The translations under genes and the position numbers were made by a program. Below are positions 47,126 through 54,633 of a DNA stretch of 64,000 nt, one piece after another (within the stretch, counting starts at the first letter, position 1; every line of letters starts with the position of its first letter). This DNA is from a virus (lineage: Duplodnaviria > Caudoviricetes). The notes below the pieces were generated by a model, which did no database searches, was not told the origin of the DNA, and saw only the letters and a list, made by a program, of their open reading frames with translations. Location: IMG/VR virus record IMGVR_UViG_3300025000_000057. One strand, given 5' to 3'.

Positions 47126-47386
47126 GATACCCGGCTTTACGGCCAACACCTTTTATTATTACTCTACTATGGGCTCCCCTGAGCATTGAGGTAGGGCGAG
47201 GTGAGGTAAACCCGGGTATCAAAACTCTCATGTTTATGCTTTATTTACGCTATTTACGTGAACATTTAAAAAGCTTTATTTCTATTGATTCCCCGTATTT
47301 AAAGGTTTTTGCCCGTTTATTCACTGTTTATATCCTATGAGAAACTCTCCCTGGCACGTCCCGACCAAGAGGGTATTTTTCATAGG
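47126..47386. other. Structured non-coding interval
   Basis: GATACCCGGCTTTAC(47126-40)/GTAAACCCGGGTATC(47206-20) and CCTATGAGAAA...TTTTTCATAGG (47334-47386) stems. Confidence 0.45.
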
Positions 47387-47434
47387 CTATGATGTGACAG
47401 TGGTACACTTATAAAGAGGGGAGGTGATACAGGG

Positions 47435-47665
47435 ATGTCTAGTAAGGTAAAGCATTCTAAGACTTATGTTGTGCATCATAGAGGTAGGAGTGCTGCTCGT
47501 GGTTGTGTTATTTTTGGCAGGTATAGGGTAGGTGCACGTAGTGAAAGAGAGGCTATGGTTCTTTTACGGAGAGTAGTTGGTAAGCATAGTAAGGTTAATG
47601 TTTATTTTGAGGTAAGGGAGGAGGAGAGGTTATTACCTTATGGTGTGGTGATACAGGATTGTTAG
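47435..47665 (+). CDS. Small basic hypothetical protein
   Basis: GGGGAGGTGA RBS. Confidence 0.7.
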   Translation: MSSKVKHSKTYVVHHRGRSAARGCVIFGRYRVGARSEREAMVLLRRVVGKHSKVNVYFEVREEERLLPYGVVIQDC

Positions 47666-47728
47666 GAGGAAGCGATACAGGTGGAGGGACATTTTTTTAG
47701 TTCTATACTCGATTAGGGAGGTGATATA

Positions 47729-48001
47729 TTGTCTTTTCCTAGACGTTGTTATAGGTGTCTTTACCGTAAGTGTGTTACTAGAAGGGAAGCTGATCCACCT
47801 TGTATTGAATGCCTTCCTAACTCAAATAATACAACTGGTTATGCTTACTTCGAATCGTGTGGAGAGGTACCATACTCTAAATGCTTCTTATGTATTCTGT
47901 TAGATAAGAATACCAGTGTATGTGCTAATTGTTTATTAGATTACTTCGATGGTCTAGGTCTTACCTCATTCTCTCTTATGATAGGAGGTGATATAGATTA
48001 A
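47729..48001 (+). CDS. 9-Cys paralog P1
   Basis: CYRCLYRKC...PCIEC...YFE...PYSKCFLC...CANC; GGAGGTG + TTG. Confidence 0.8.
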   Translation: MSFPRRCYRCLYRKCVTRREADPPCIECLPNSNNTTGYAYFESCGEVPYSKCFLCILLDKNTSVCANCLLDYFDGLGLTSFSLMIGGDID

Positions 48002-48053
48002 CTCTAGTGATAAGAAGAGGTTTCACATTATTATAGGTGCGGCAAGGGGTATC

Positions 48054-48299
48054 TTGACATCCCCTACATGGCCCGTTCAGAGTGACAAACATGGGTTTTA
48101 TTCTAAGGGTAAGTTAATACCTTATGTGTGGGTAAGAGGTATGTTAGATGATCATAGGGTGCAGATATACTATTTTGAGGGATGCTCACCTATTGTGTTG
48201 ACTAAGGAAGACGATACCCATGTCAGGGTAGAGTGTGGCGGCAAGGTAGGACGTTTTGTTACCCAGGGTGATGAATTTACATGGTCTAAATGGAGGTGA
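48054..48299 (+). CDS. Small hypothetical protein
   Basis: 81 aa; AAGGGG RBS. Confidence 0.55.
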   Translation: MTSPTWPVQSDKHGFYSKGKLIPYVWVRGMLDDHRVQIYYFEGCSPIVLTKEDDTHVRVECGGKVGRFVTQGDEFTWSKWR

Positions 48300-48304
48300 T
48301 ATAG

Positions 48305-48568
48305 ATATTTAAGAATTGTGCATTCTGTTTATACTTAGGTTGTTCTAATAAGACTGATAACCCATGTGAGCATTGCGCTCCCGGTTGGGAGTTTACCTAC
48401 TTCGAATATGTTAGATATTTTCCATGGGAGTACTGTCTTGAATGCAAGAATCTTAAGCATTTACAAAATACCTTCTCTCAAGGTTTATCTAGTTCTATAT
48501 GTGGAAAGTGTATTGAAACTTACATGAGAGGTGAAGGTTTGTCTAGTTTTAATTCTATATTAGATTAA
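48305..48568 (+). CDS. 9-Cys paralog P2 (ATA start; not in track)
   Basis: IFKNCAFCLYLGCSNKTDNPCEHC...YFEYVRYFPWEYCLEC...ICGKCIETYMRGEGLSSFNSILD; GGAGGTG 6 nt upstream; in-frame TAG immediately 5'. Confidence 0.8.
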   Translation: MFKNCAFCLYLGCSNKTDNPCEHCAPGWEFTYFEYVRYFPWEYCLECKNLKHLQNTFSQGLSSSICGKCIETYMRGEGLSSFNSILD

Positions 48569-48573
48569 AGGAA

Positions 48574-48840
48574 GTGAATCTATTGATCAATCGTTATAGA
48601 GTGTGCAGTAGTTGCCTATATGTTGAGTGCTTAAGAGGCGTTGGCGATACTATATGTTATGAGTGTTGTACTATAGGAGATAATGCTTATCATGAGTTTG
48701 CAAGATACTTTCCATGGAGGTATTGTCTTAGCTGCAATAGAATATCCATGTTAGGTAAGAAAGGTTTATGTTCTGAGTGCATCGTATACTATATGAAAAG
48801 TGGTAGATGCATTAACTATAATTTAGAGGTGGTATCATGA
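48574..48840 (+). CDS. 9-Cys paralog P3
   Basis: CSSCLYVEC...ICYEC...YHEFARYFPWRYCLSC...CSEC. Confidence 0.8.
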   Translation: MNLLINRYRVCSSCLYVECLRGVGDTICYECCTIGDNAYHEFARYFPWRYCLSCNRISMLGKKGLCSECIVYYMKSGRCINYNLEVVS

Positions 48841-49127
48841 CTCATGCTGTTAATCTAAAGCTATCATTGGATGATATTCTAGTCTCATTGTGTGATACTC
48901 AGTGTTTGTATACTAAGTGTACAGTATTTGATAGTACGCCTTGTTTAACTTGTAGAGATAATCCAAATAGACCTTACTTTGAGTGTAGAGATAGAATCTC
49001 TATGGCACTACACCCTTGTTTAAAATGCGAACGTTACACTAGTCTAAAGAATCTCTCTAATTCCTGCAGATTATGCCTATGGGTATACGGGATGAAGAGA
49101 GTCTTTCCATATTTCAAACCTATATAA
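48837..49127 (+). CDS. 9-Cys paralog P4
   Basis: CDTQCLYTKC...PCLTC...PYFE...PCLKC...CRLC. Confidence 0.8.
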   Translation: MTHAVNLKLSLDDILVSLCDTQCLYTKCTVFDSTPCLTCRDNPNRPYFECRDRISMALHPCLKCERYTSLKNLSNSCRLCLWVYGMKRVFPYFKPI

Positions 49128-49131
49128 GGAG

Positions 49132-49413
49132 GTGTTTATTATCTTAGGGAAATATGCATACTGCCCTAGTTGTTTATACCATAAATGTATTGAACGTAGC
49201 TCGGGTGGTGAAGACGAACCATGTGCTGAGTGTAGGAGTCGTAAATTCTTTGAGTTTAAAAGAATGTTTCCATGGAATTATTGTGTTAGATGTATTAGGT
49301 ACTCAGACCTTGTAAAGGGTTCAGATGTTTGTACAAGTTGCGTATTCCTGTATATGTACAATAACGATAAGGTACCTGAAAATTATAAGGAAAGAGGTAA
49401 ACTAGATGAATGA
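49132..49413 (+). CDS. 9-Cys paralog P5
   Basis: CPSCLYHKC...PCAEC...FFEFKRMFPWNYCVRC...CTSC; start uncertain (GTG overlaps the RBS). Confidence 0.8.
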   Translation: MFIILGKYAYCPSCLYHKCIERSSGGEDEPCAECRSRKFFEFKRMFPWNYCVRCIRYSDLVKGSDVCTSCVFLYMYNNDKVPENYKERGKLDE

Positions 49414-49702
49414 TACTTACCCAAAGGGTTGTTGGTCTTGTCTATATGTTAACTGTGGTGTAGCCGCTCAAGATAAGGCCCGAGCAATGGATTCACCGTG
49501 CCTTGAATGTACTAGTAGAACCGTAGACGGGGAGTATGTACTATATCCTTACTACGAGAGGGCTATCTTATCATGGCAAGATTGTTCTATCTGCAAACAT
49601 AAAGGTAACCCAATGGCTGATTGCGTTTTCTGCAAGACAACTAAGACTAACTACGGAGTATATGCATACTTCAGTAAATGGGAGGGTAATGACCGTGAGT
49701 AA
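49406..49702 (+). CDS. 9-Cys paralog P6
   Basis: CWSCLYVNC...PCLEC...PYYE...SWQDCSIC...CVFC. Confidence 0.8.
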   Translation: MNDTYPKGCWSCLYVNCGVAAQDKARAMDSPCLECTSRTVDGEYVLYPYYERAILSWQDCSICKHKGNPMADCVFCKTTKTNYGVYAYFSKWEGNDRE

Positions 49703-49943
49703 AGAGCAGCAAGCAGCTGAGATAGTCGTTAATGCTATCAAGTATGGGTGTCGGAAAGGTGCCCAGGCATTTGATAAAGGCGTAGATTTATACCAGCAAC
49801 TTGGTGACCATACCTATAAGTACACTCCAGATGAAGCTCCTAACGTAAAGCGTGTCGTTGGGGGTTTCTTTGCTTTAACCGGAGGTACCTTAGGTATCAC
49901 TCGAAGCCTAGCTAAGTTCTTCTTTAATAAGGCTTTTAAGTGA
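49689..49943 (+). CDS. Small hypothetical protein with C-terminal hydrophobic helix
   Basis: ATG 49689 after GGGAGGG; the track start at 49536 is over-extended. Confidence 0.65.
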   Translation: MTVSKEQQAAEIVVNAIKYGCRKGAQAFDKGVDLYQQLGDHTYKYTPDEAPNVKRVVGGFFALTGGTLGITRSLAKFFFNKAFK

Positions 49944-50090
49944 TATTTGGTAGGCCCGTATTAAGAGGAAGAGTAGTTAATGGTATGTAGACTCAGTCCT
50001 TGTTATTTCAAGGGTGGTATAAGGGCGGAGTATAATACTATACAAACCCTAATACTTGCTACATGATAGTAGTGAAAAGAGGTGAATTTA

Positions 50091-50249
50091 GTGCTCTCTA
50101 GAGAGTACATGGAAAAGAAATTATCCGAGTGGACTACGTATCCTGAAGGATGGATACGTAGTTTATCTGATAGCAAACTCTACTCCGTTTATAGAAAGAC
50201 CAGCTTAGAGGTGCTATCAAATATACGTAAAGATTGGGGGCTAGAATAA
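50091..50249 (+). CDS. 52-aa small protein (not in track)
   Basis: AGAGGTGA + GTG; MLSREYMEKKLSEWTTYPEGWIRSLSDSKLYSVYRKTSLEVLSNIRKDWGLE; TAATG coupling to the next gene. Confidence 0.6.
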   Translation: MLSREYMEKKLSEWTTYPEGWIRSLSDSKLYSVYRKTSLEVLSNIRKDWGLE

Positions 50250-50452
50250 TGGAAATTTGTCCAGAGTGTGGTAAGGAATATGATATCATGATTCACTTAT
50301 ACTGTCCCGAGTGTATAGACAAAGAGTATATACCTAAGACCACTCCACGTAAGAAAGTAAAGTTATACAGTACCGATGCTCCTGGTAAAAGTGTTTGCGG
50401 GAGTTGCCGTGGTGTTGGTTGCGTAGGATGTCAGCCTAACCGTTATTTATAA
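50249..50452 (+). CDS. Small Zn-finger protein
   Basis: CPECG...CPEC...CGSC...CVGC. Confidence 0.7.
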   Translation: MEICPECGKEYDIMIHLYCPECIDKEYIPKTTPRKKVKLYSTDAPGKSVCGSCRGVGCVGCQPNRYL

Positions 50453-50477
50453 GGTTAACATATAGACCCTGGGTAGG

Positions 50478-50515
50478 GTTCACTTCTATTGTTGAGATAA
50501 ACAATAGAAGTGAAC
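50478..50515. promoter_or_regulatory. TGTT-N6-AACA hairpin H1
   Basis: GTTCACTTCTATTGTT-GAGATA-AACAATAGAAGTGAAC, followed by ATATAT and an RBS. Confidence 0.7.
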
Positions 50516-50532
50516 ATATATAGGAGGCAGAT

Positions 50533-50814
50533 ATGAAAGACTTATACTGGCTATGCCTATGTGGTACTTGCTTATATTATACCTGTGTTTTATCACGCAA
50601 TATGGGCAATGTGAGTGATATACCTTGCGAGGATTGCCTAACTTATAAAGATAATAGTAGGTATCATGAATTTAAGAAACCTATACCATGGCATAAGTGT
50701 ATAACATGTAAGAATCTTTCAGAGTTTATTAATCATTCTGGCAATTGTTATACATGTATAAAAGCCTATATGAATTCAGATACACTGGTTTATTATAAAG
50801 GAGGTATACTATGA
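50533..50814 (+). CDS. 9-Cys paralog P7
   Basis: CGTCLYYTC...PCEDC...YHEFKKPIPWHKCITC...CYTC. Confidence 0.8.
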   Translation: MKDLYWLCLCGTCLYYTCVLSRNMGNVSDIPCEDCLTYKDNSRYHEFKKPIPWHKCITCKNLSEFINHSGNCYTCIKAYMNSDTLVYYKGGIL

Positions 50815-51605
50815 AGAGTTTACCATGGGTTGATTTCACACGTCGTAACGATCCGGCGCATCCATTCGGGCCCGTACTGCTGCAAAAGAGTCTTGATAGG
50901 TACGGTGCATATGTTTTCTGTTTCTGGACTAAGAATCCTGGTACTGTTGCTGATTTATATCGTAATCAGATAAGTCAAATGATGTCCAAAGATACACTCG
51001 TACTGGCGCAGGTGACACTTAATAATTATTCCAGTATAATGGAGCCGGGTGTTCCGAGTTTTAATACACGCTATCAAGGATTGGATAGATTACTTCGCCT
51101 AATTGGAGGGCCTGGGCATATTAAGCTCAGAATCGATCCTATTATCTTAGGTTATACTACTCCTAACATGATCCGCACCTCCCTAGAGGCTGGACGTAGT
51201 TTGGGTATACGCAGGTTTGTTATGAACTTCTTAGTACCTAGCTATAAAGGCGTAGGTAATATACTTATTCATAGAGGTTTGATACGACCTAATGACCTTA
51301 CTCCATCTCAAGAACGTATCCTTAGTACGGCTCGCTTTGTTTCCGAAGAGGCACAACGAGTAGGAGCTATTCTACAGGTATGTGCCGAAAGTAACTGGAT
51401 TGGTCAACATGTATCTGGCATTCAAATAGCATCATGTTCAGATCCGACTTGGGCTACACAGGTTAGACCCGAGTTAACCGGTATCTTTAAAGCAAATCCA
51501 TCCCGTAAAGACTGTGGTTGTTGTTACTCGGCCGACTGGGGAGTGTATGCTTCACGAGGTGGATATGTTTGCCCAGGAGGTTGTTTATACTGTTACGCTC
51601 AGTAA
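50811..51605 (+). CDS. DUF1848-like (spore-photoproduct-lyase-related, C-terminal CxxxCxxC) protein
   Basis: TRRNDP...FWTKNP...T.NNY...EPGVP...RIDPI...CAE...SC...R..CGC..S.D.G.Y...CPGGCLYCYA. Confidence 0.7.
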   Translation: MKSLPWVDFTRRNDPAHPFGPVLLQKSLDRYGAYVFCFWTKNPGTVADLYRNQISQMMSKDTLVLAQVTLNNYSSIMEPGVPSFNTRYQGLDRLLRLIGGPGHIKLRIDPIILGYTTPNMIRTSLEAGRSLGIRRFVMNFLVPSYKGVGNILIHRGLIRPNDLTPSQERILSTARFVSEEAQRVGAILQVCAESNWIGQHVSGIQIASCSDPTWATQVRPELTGIFKANPSRKDCGCCYSADWGVYASRGGYVCPGGCLYCYAQ

Positions 51606-51614
51606 CACCAACAG

Positions 51615-51654
51615 TTATTATACCCACTGTTGACTGCAACAGTGGGTATAATAA
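51615..51654. promoter_or_regulatory. TGTT-N6-AACA hairpin H2
   Basis: TTATTATACCCACTGTT-GACTGC-AACAGTGGGTATAATAA, followed by TATATA and an RBS. Confidence 0.7.
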
Positions 51655-51682
51655 TATATAGAGTTTAAAGGAGGTCGTTATA

Positions 51683-51994
51683 ATGGCTAATAATACTGCC
51701 ATGGATAAAACAATTGCCGTACTAACTGCGCTTCGGGCTGGTCAGGAAGTTCTTATTGGTGACTACATTTTCGTTTATGATGAAGAAGATGATAAAATTG
51801 GTATTCTAGTTGATGTACATGATGCATCTAAGGGTGAGGATTATCAAGCAATACACTTCTTAGCTGACAACTTTAGTATCCAATGGCTGATGAATGCCTG
51901 TAATAAGATGTCTAATGGAGATCTCCTTATATTGACAGCAACAAAGGTACTTACTTCACTGAATAAGAGGAGGGATACCAAATGCGCGAAGTAA
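51683..51994 (+). CDS. Hypothetical protein
   Basis: AAAGGAGG RBS, 103 aa. Confidence 0.75.
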   Translation: MANNTAMDKTIAVLTALRAGQEVLIGDYIFVYDEEDDKIGILVDVHDASKGEDYQAIHFLADNFSIQWLMNACNKMSNGDLLILTATKVLTSLNKRRDTKCAK

Positions 51995-53655
51995 CCGGTG
52001 ATATATTTGAAATTGGTCGTTACGGTATTATCTGTGTTACCACTAATGGCGTCGTTAAGAAGGACGGCGCCTTGGTTATGGGTAAGGGAGTTGCTCTTAA
52101 CTTTGCTAATAAGTTTCCCACTATGGCGGAAAAACTTGGTCAACTAGTTAAAGCAAACGGTAACCATGTATACAGTCTCGGTTCGTTAGTACCAATAGAC
52201 GATCCGAGTATAAGTTATACTGTTGTTAGCTTCCCCACTAAGGCACATTGGCGCGACAACTCTACTGTTGCACTGGTTACTAAATCGGCTGCTGAGTTAA
52301 AAGCACTTGCTGATTCCCAAGCTTGGCCCGGGCCTATATACCTACCGGTTCCCGGATGTGGTAATGGAGGTCTTAACTGGGGAGAATTGAAACAGTTATT
52401 GCCATCTTATCTTGATGATAGATTTGTAATTGTTCACTATAGTAACTCTGTGCAACAAAATACACAACCCGCTGCTCAGCCGGGTACCCAAGTAACTACT
52501 CAGACTACCACTCTTGAATGTAGCTCTCAAGGAGATAATCGGTTCAGCGCATTTGGCGCACATGTAAATGCGCTTGGCAATAAGATAGAGATGCTCTATC
52601 AAGAGGCTAAACGTTTTACCGATGACCCAAATGAGGGCCCGACCGATTGGAGAAATGCCAAGGGCCGGCCGGTAGTGGCCGTAAGTCTTAATGGTAAGAG
52701 GTTTGGGCCTGAATATCTTACACCGTGGTACTGGTATCTTTGGACTCGGTATTTCCTTGAGAATCCAGATTTATTACAATACGCTCGTCAATTTAATACT
52801 TTTACGGATATGTTCCGTGGTAAGAGTACGAACTGCCAGGCAGATGTAATTGCATTCATGGCTAAGAATGGCCTTAATCCAATAATGGCTAAACCAGCAT
52901 ATCAAGAGATTGATCAATTATTCAATCTTAATTACTTATTTAAGAATCCTACACCGGAGCCGGGTGCTACTCCTGTATATATGTTAAATAGAACTATCAA
53001 AGAGGGATGTAGTGATATTCTCACATGTATGGTTACCGGTCACCGCCCGAATGGTATTAATGGGAAAGCCGGCTGGAACTTTGGAGATTCTCGTAATCAA
53101 AAGTTAATCACATACTTATCCACAGTTGTTAATAAGATGGCTATGGAGAATGGTACCCGGATATTCATAGAGGGAATAGCAGCTGGCGGAGATTTGTTAT
53201 TTACCAGAGCTGTACTTGATGTGAGTCATTTGCATCCGGAGTATAACCTGCAGCTTTGGAACTACATCCCGTATCCATGTGCGCCGGATAGACTTAAGTA
53301 TCAATGGAAAGCAGTTCTTGATAGCGCATTAAACCATCCAGGTGAGACAGTAATATGTAGTCCTGACCCTGTTGGTAAAGATGATAAAGAGCAGCGCATT
53401 GATGCAGCTAAGAAACTCTTCTATCGTAATGAGTGTATGGTGCGTACGTTACCCGTTCTTCCGAATGTCGGTATGATTATTGCCATATATTCAGGTTTAC
53501 AACCCGGGTTATATGCTATCGAGCAAATCGCTCAGCTAATGGATCCAAAGACCAAGGGTGGTACAGCTAATACACTCTTGACAGCTGTTAAGAGATGGAA
53601 AGAGGATAAGAACTTTCAACCTAAGATTCTCGTTGTCAATCCTAACAACTTCTAA
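51982..53655 (+). CDS. Macrodomain - NADAR-like - SLOG(YspA-like) triple fusion
   Basis: GDIF...CVTTNG.....LVMG.GVAL...FPTK.HW...PGCGNGGLNW (macro); LECSS.GD.RFSAF...IE..YQ.AK.F...DWR.AKG (NADAR-like); VTGHRP...GIAAGGDLLF...F.RNECMV...Y.G...GGTANT (SLOG). Confidence 0.7.
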   Translation: MREVTGDIFEIGRYGIICVTTNGVVKKDGALVMGKGVALNFANKFPTMAEKLGQLVKANGNHVYSLGSLVPIDDPSISYTVVSFPTKAHWRDNSTVALVTKSAAELKALADSQAWPGPIYLPVPGCGNGGLNWGELKQLLPSYLDDRFVIVHYSNSVQQNTQPAAQPGTQVTTQTTTLECSSQGDNRFSAFGAHVNALGNKIEMLYQEAKRFTDDPNEGPTDWRNAKGRPVVAVSLNGKRFGPEYLTPWYWYLWTRYFLENPDLLQYARQFNTFTDMFRGKSTNCQADVIAFMAKNGLNPIMAKPAYQEIDQLFNLNYLFKNPTPEPGATPVYMLNRTIKEGCSDILTCMVTGHRPNGINGKAGWNFGDSRNQKLITYLSTVVNKMAMENGTRIFIEGIAAGGDLLFTRAVLDVSHLHPEYNLQLWNYIPYPCAPDRLKYQWKAVLDSALNHPGETVICSPDPVGKDDKEQRIDAAKKLFYRNECMVRTLPVLPNVGMIIAIYSGLQPGLYAIEQIAQLMDPKTKGGTANTLLTAVKRWKEDKNFQPKILVVNPNNF

Positions 53656-53666
53656 GGAGGCATAAC

Positions 53667-54569
53667 ATGACTATATTAAGAAAACCACACGGTTCAGCTC
53701 AGTTATTAGCTGAGAATCGTGCTAGTCTAGTGATTGAACAGATGACAATAACCCCGCTATTTCCGGCGGGGTTTACCTTTACCGGTACTTCCGGCGCAGC
53801 TGAAGTAATCGCTCATGGGCAATATGTCATGGGCAACGAAGAGCAGACTAAGATTACAGTACCGACATATATGGTTCGTACCGGAGATGGTAGAGAGGTA
53901 GCTTGTCGTACCCGCCACATCTTGAGTAATCTCAGTGGTTGTGAGATAGAGCATTTACCAGAGCGAGAGCATATTGCACTTGTTGAATTTGATAAATGTC
54001 AATTCTTAATAGACCCTTTCGGCAAAGGTACACAGATAGACGACCCTACATTTCATGTGTTGTATACGGACAGTTACGGTTGGCCTATACATGATGTTGT
54101 ATTAAGAGCTGTAGCTCGTTTGGTACATTTCATAGATGATATACCACCATTAGGTAGTCCATTTATTCGTATAGCTAATAGTACTAATTGTGCAAACTGC
54201 GGAGCTATAAGAAGATTAAGTACTACCGATGCCGTAATGGGTGATGTTGCAGCCAATATGTACAGTACAGGCACTTGGGATAAGTCAGGCCCGAATAAGA
54301 ATAATATACATTGCTCATGGCTAGGCAACCCGAACCCGGAGTGGGAGTTAATTTGTCAAACTAAAAACAGAGCTTTCTCTAGGGATGAGAAGAGACCTGA
54401 AGCGTGGCTTAATGATATAAATCATAATTGTGCTAAGTTTTACAACGATGATTCACCTGTGAATTTCGCTGGACTTGTCATAGAACGGGATGATAAAACC
54501 GGCTGTACTTATATTGAGGTGCCTGGTTGGGATATTGAAATGTACGAGAATTATACACGTAAGGCGTAG
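53667..54569 (+). CDS. Hypothetical protein with Cys-rich C-terminal half
   Basis: AAGGAGG RBS; NCANC...HCSW...C...HNC. Confidence 0.75.
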   Translation: MTILRKPHGSAQLLAENRASLVIEQMTITPLFPAGFTFTGTSGAAEVIAHGQYVMGNEEQTKITVPTYMVRTGDGREVACRTRHILSNLSGCEIEHLPEREHIALVEFDKCQFLIDPFGKGTQIDDPTFHVLYTDSYGWPIHDVVLRAVARLVHFIDDIPPLGSPFIRIANSTNCANCGAIRRLSTTDAVMGDVAANMYSTGTWDKSGPNKNNIHCSWLGNPNPEWELICQTKNRAFSRDEKRPEAWLNDINHNCAKFYNDDSPVNFAGLVIERDDKTGCTYIEVPGWDIEMYENYTRKA

Positions 54570-54571
54570 AG

Positions 54572-54605
54572 TTAAGGCCGCTGTTGAAACAAACAGCGGC
54601 CTTAA
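54572..54605. promoter_or_regulatory. TGTT-N6-AACA hairpin H3
   Basis: TTAAGGCCGCTGTT-GAAACA-AACAGCGGCCTTAA, followed by TATATA and an RBS. Confidence 0.7.
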
Positions 54606-54633
54606 TATATAAATATAAAAGGAGGACTTTAAA

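Noticed and set aside
47074-47340. 88-aa plus-strand ORF
   Set aside because: No RBS, and it overlaps the operator-like box and long stems; better explained as non-coding structure.
47729-50814. Diversity-generating retroelement behind the Cys-rich paralogs
   Set aside because: No reverse transcriptase or TR/VR pair with adenine-specific differences; divergence is ancient and spread across all positions.
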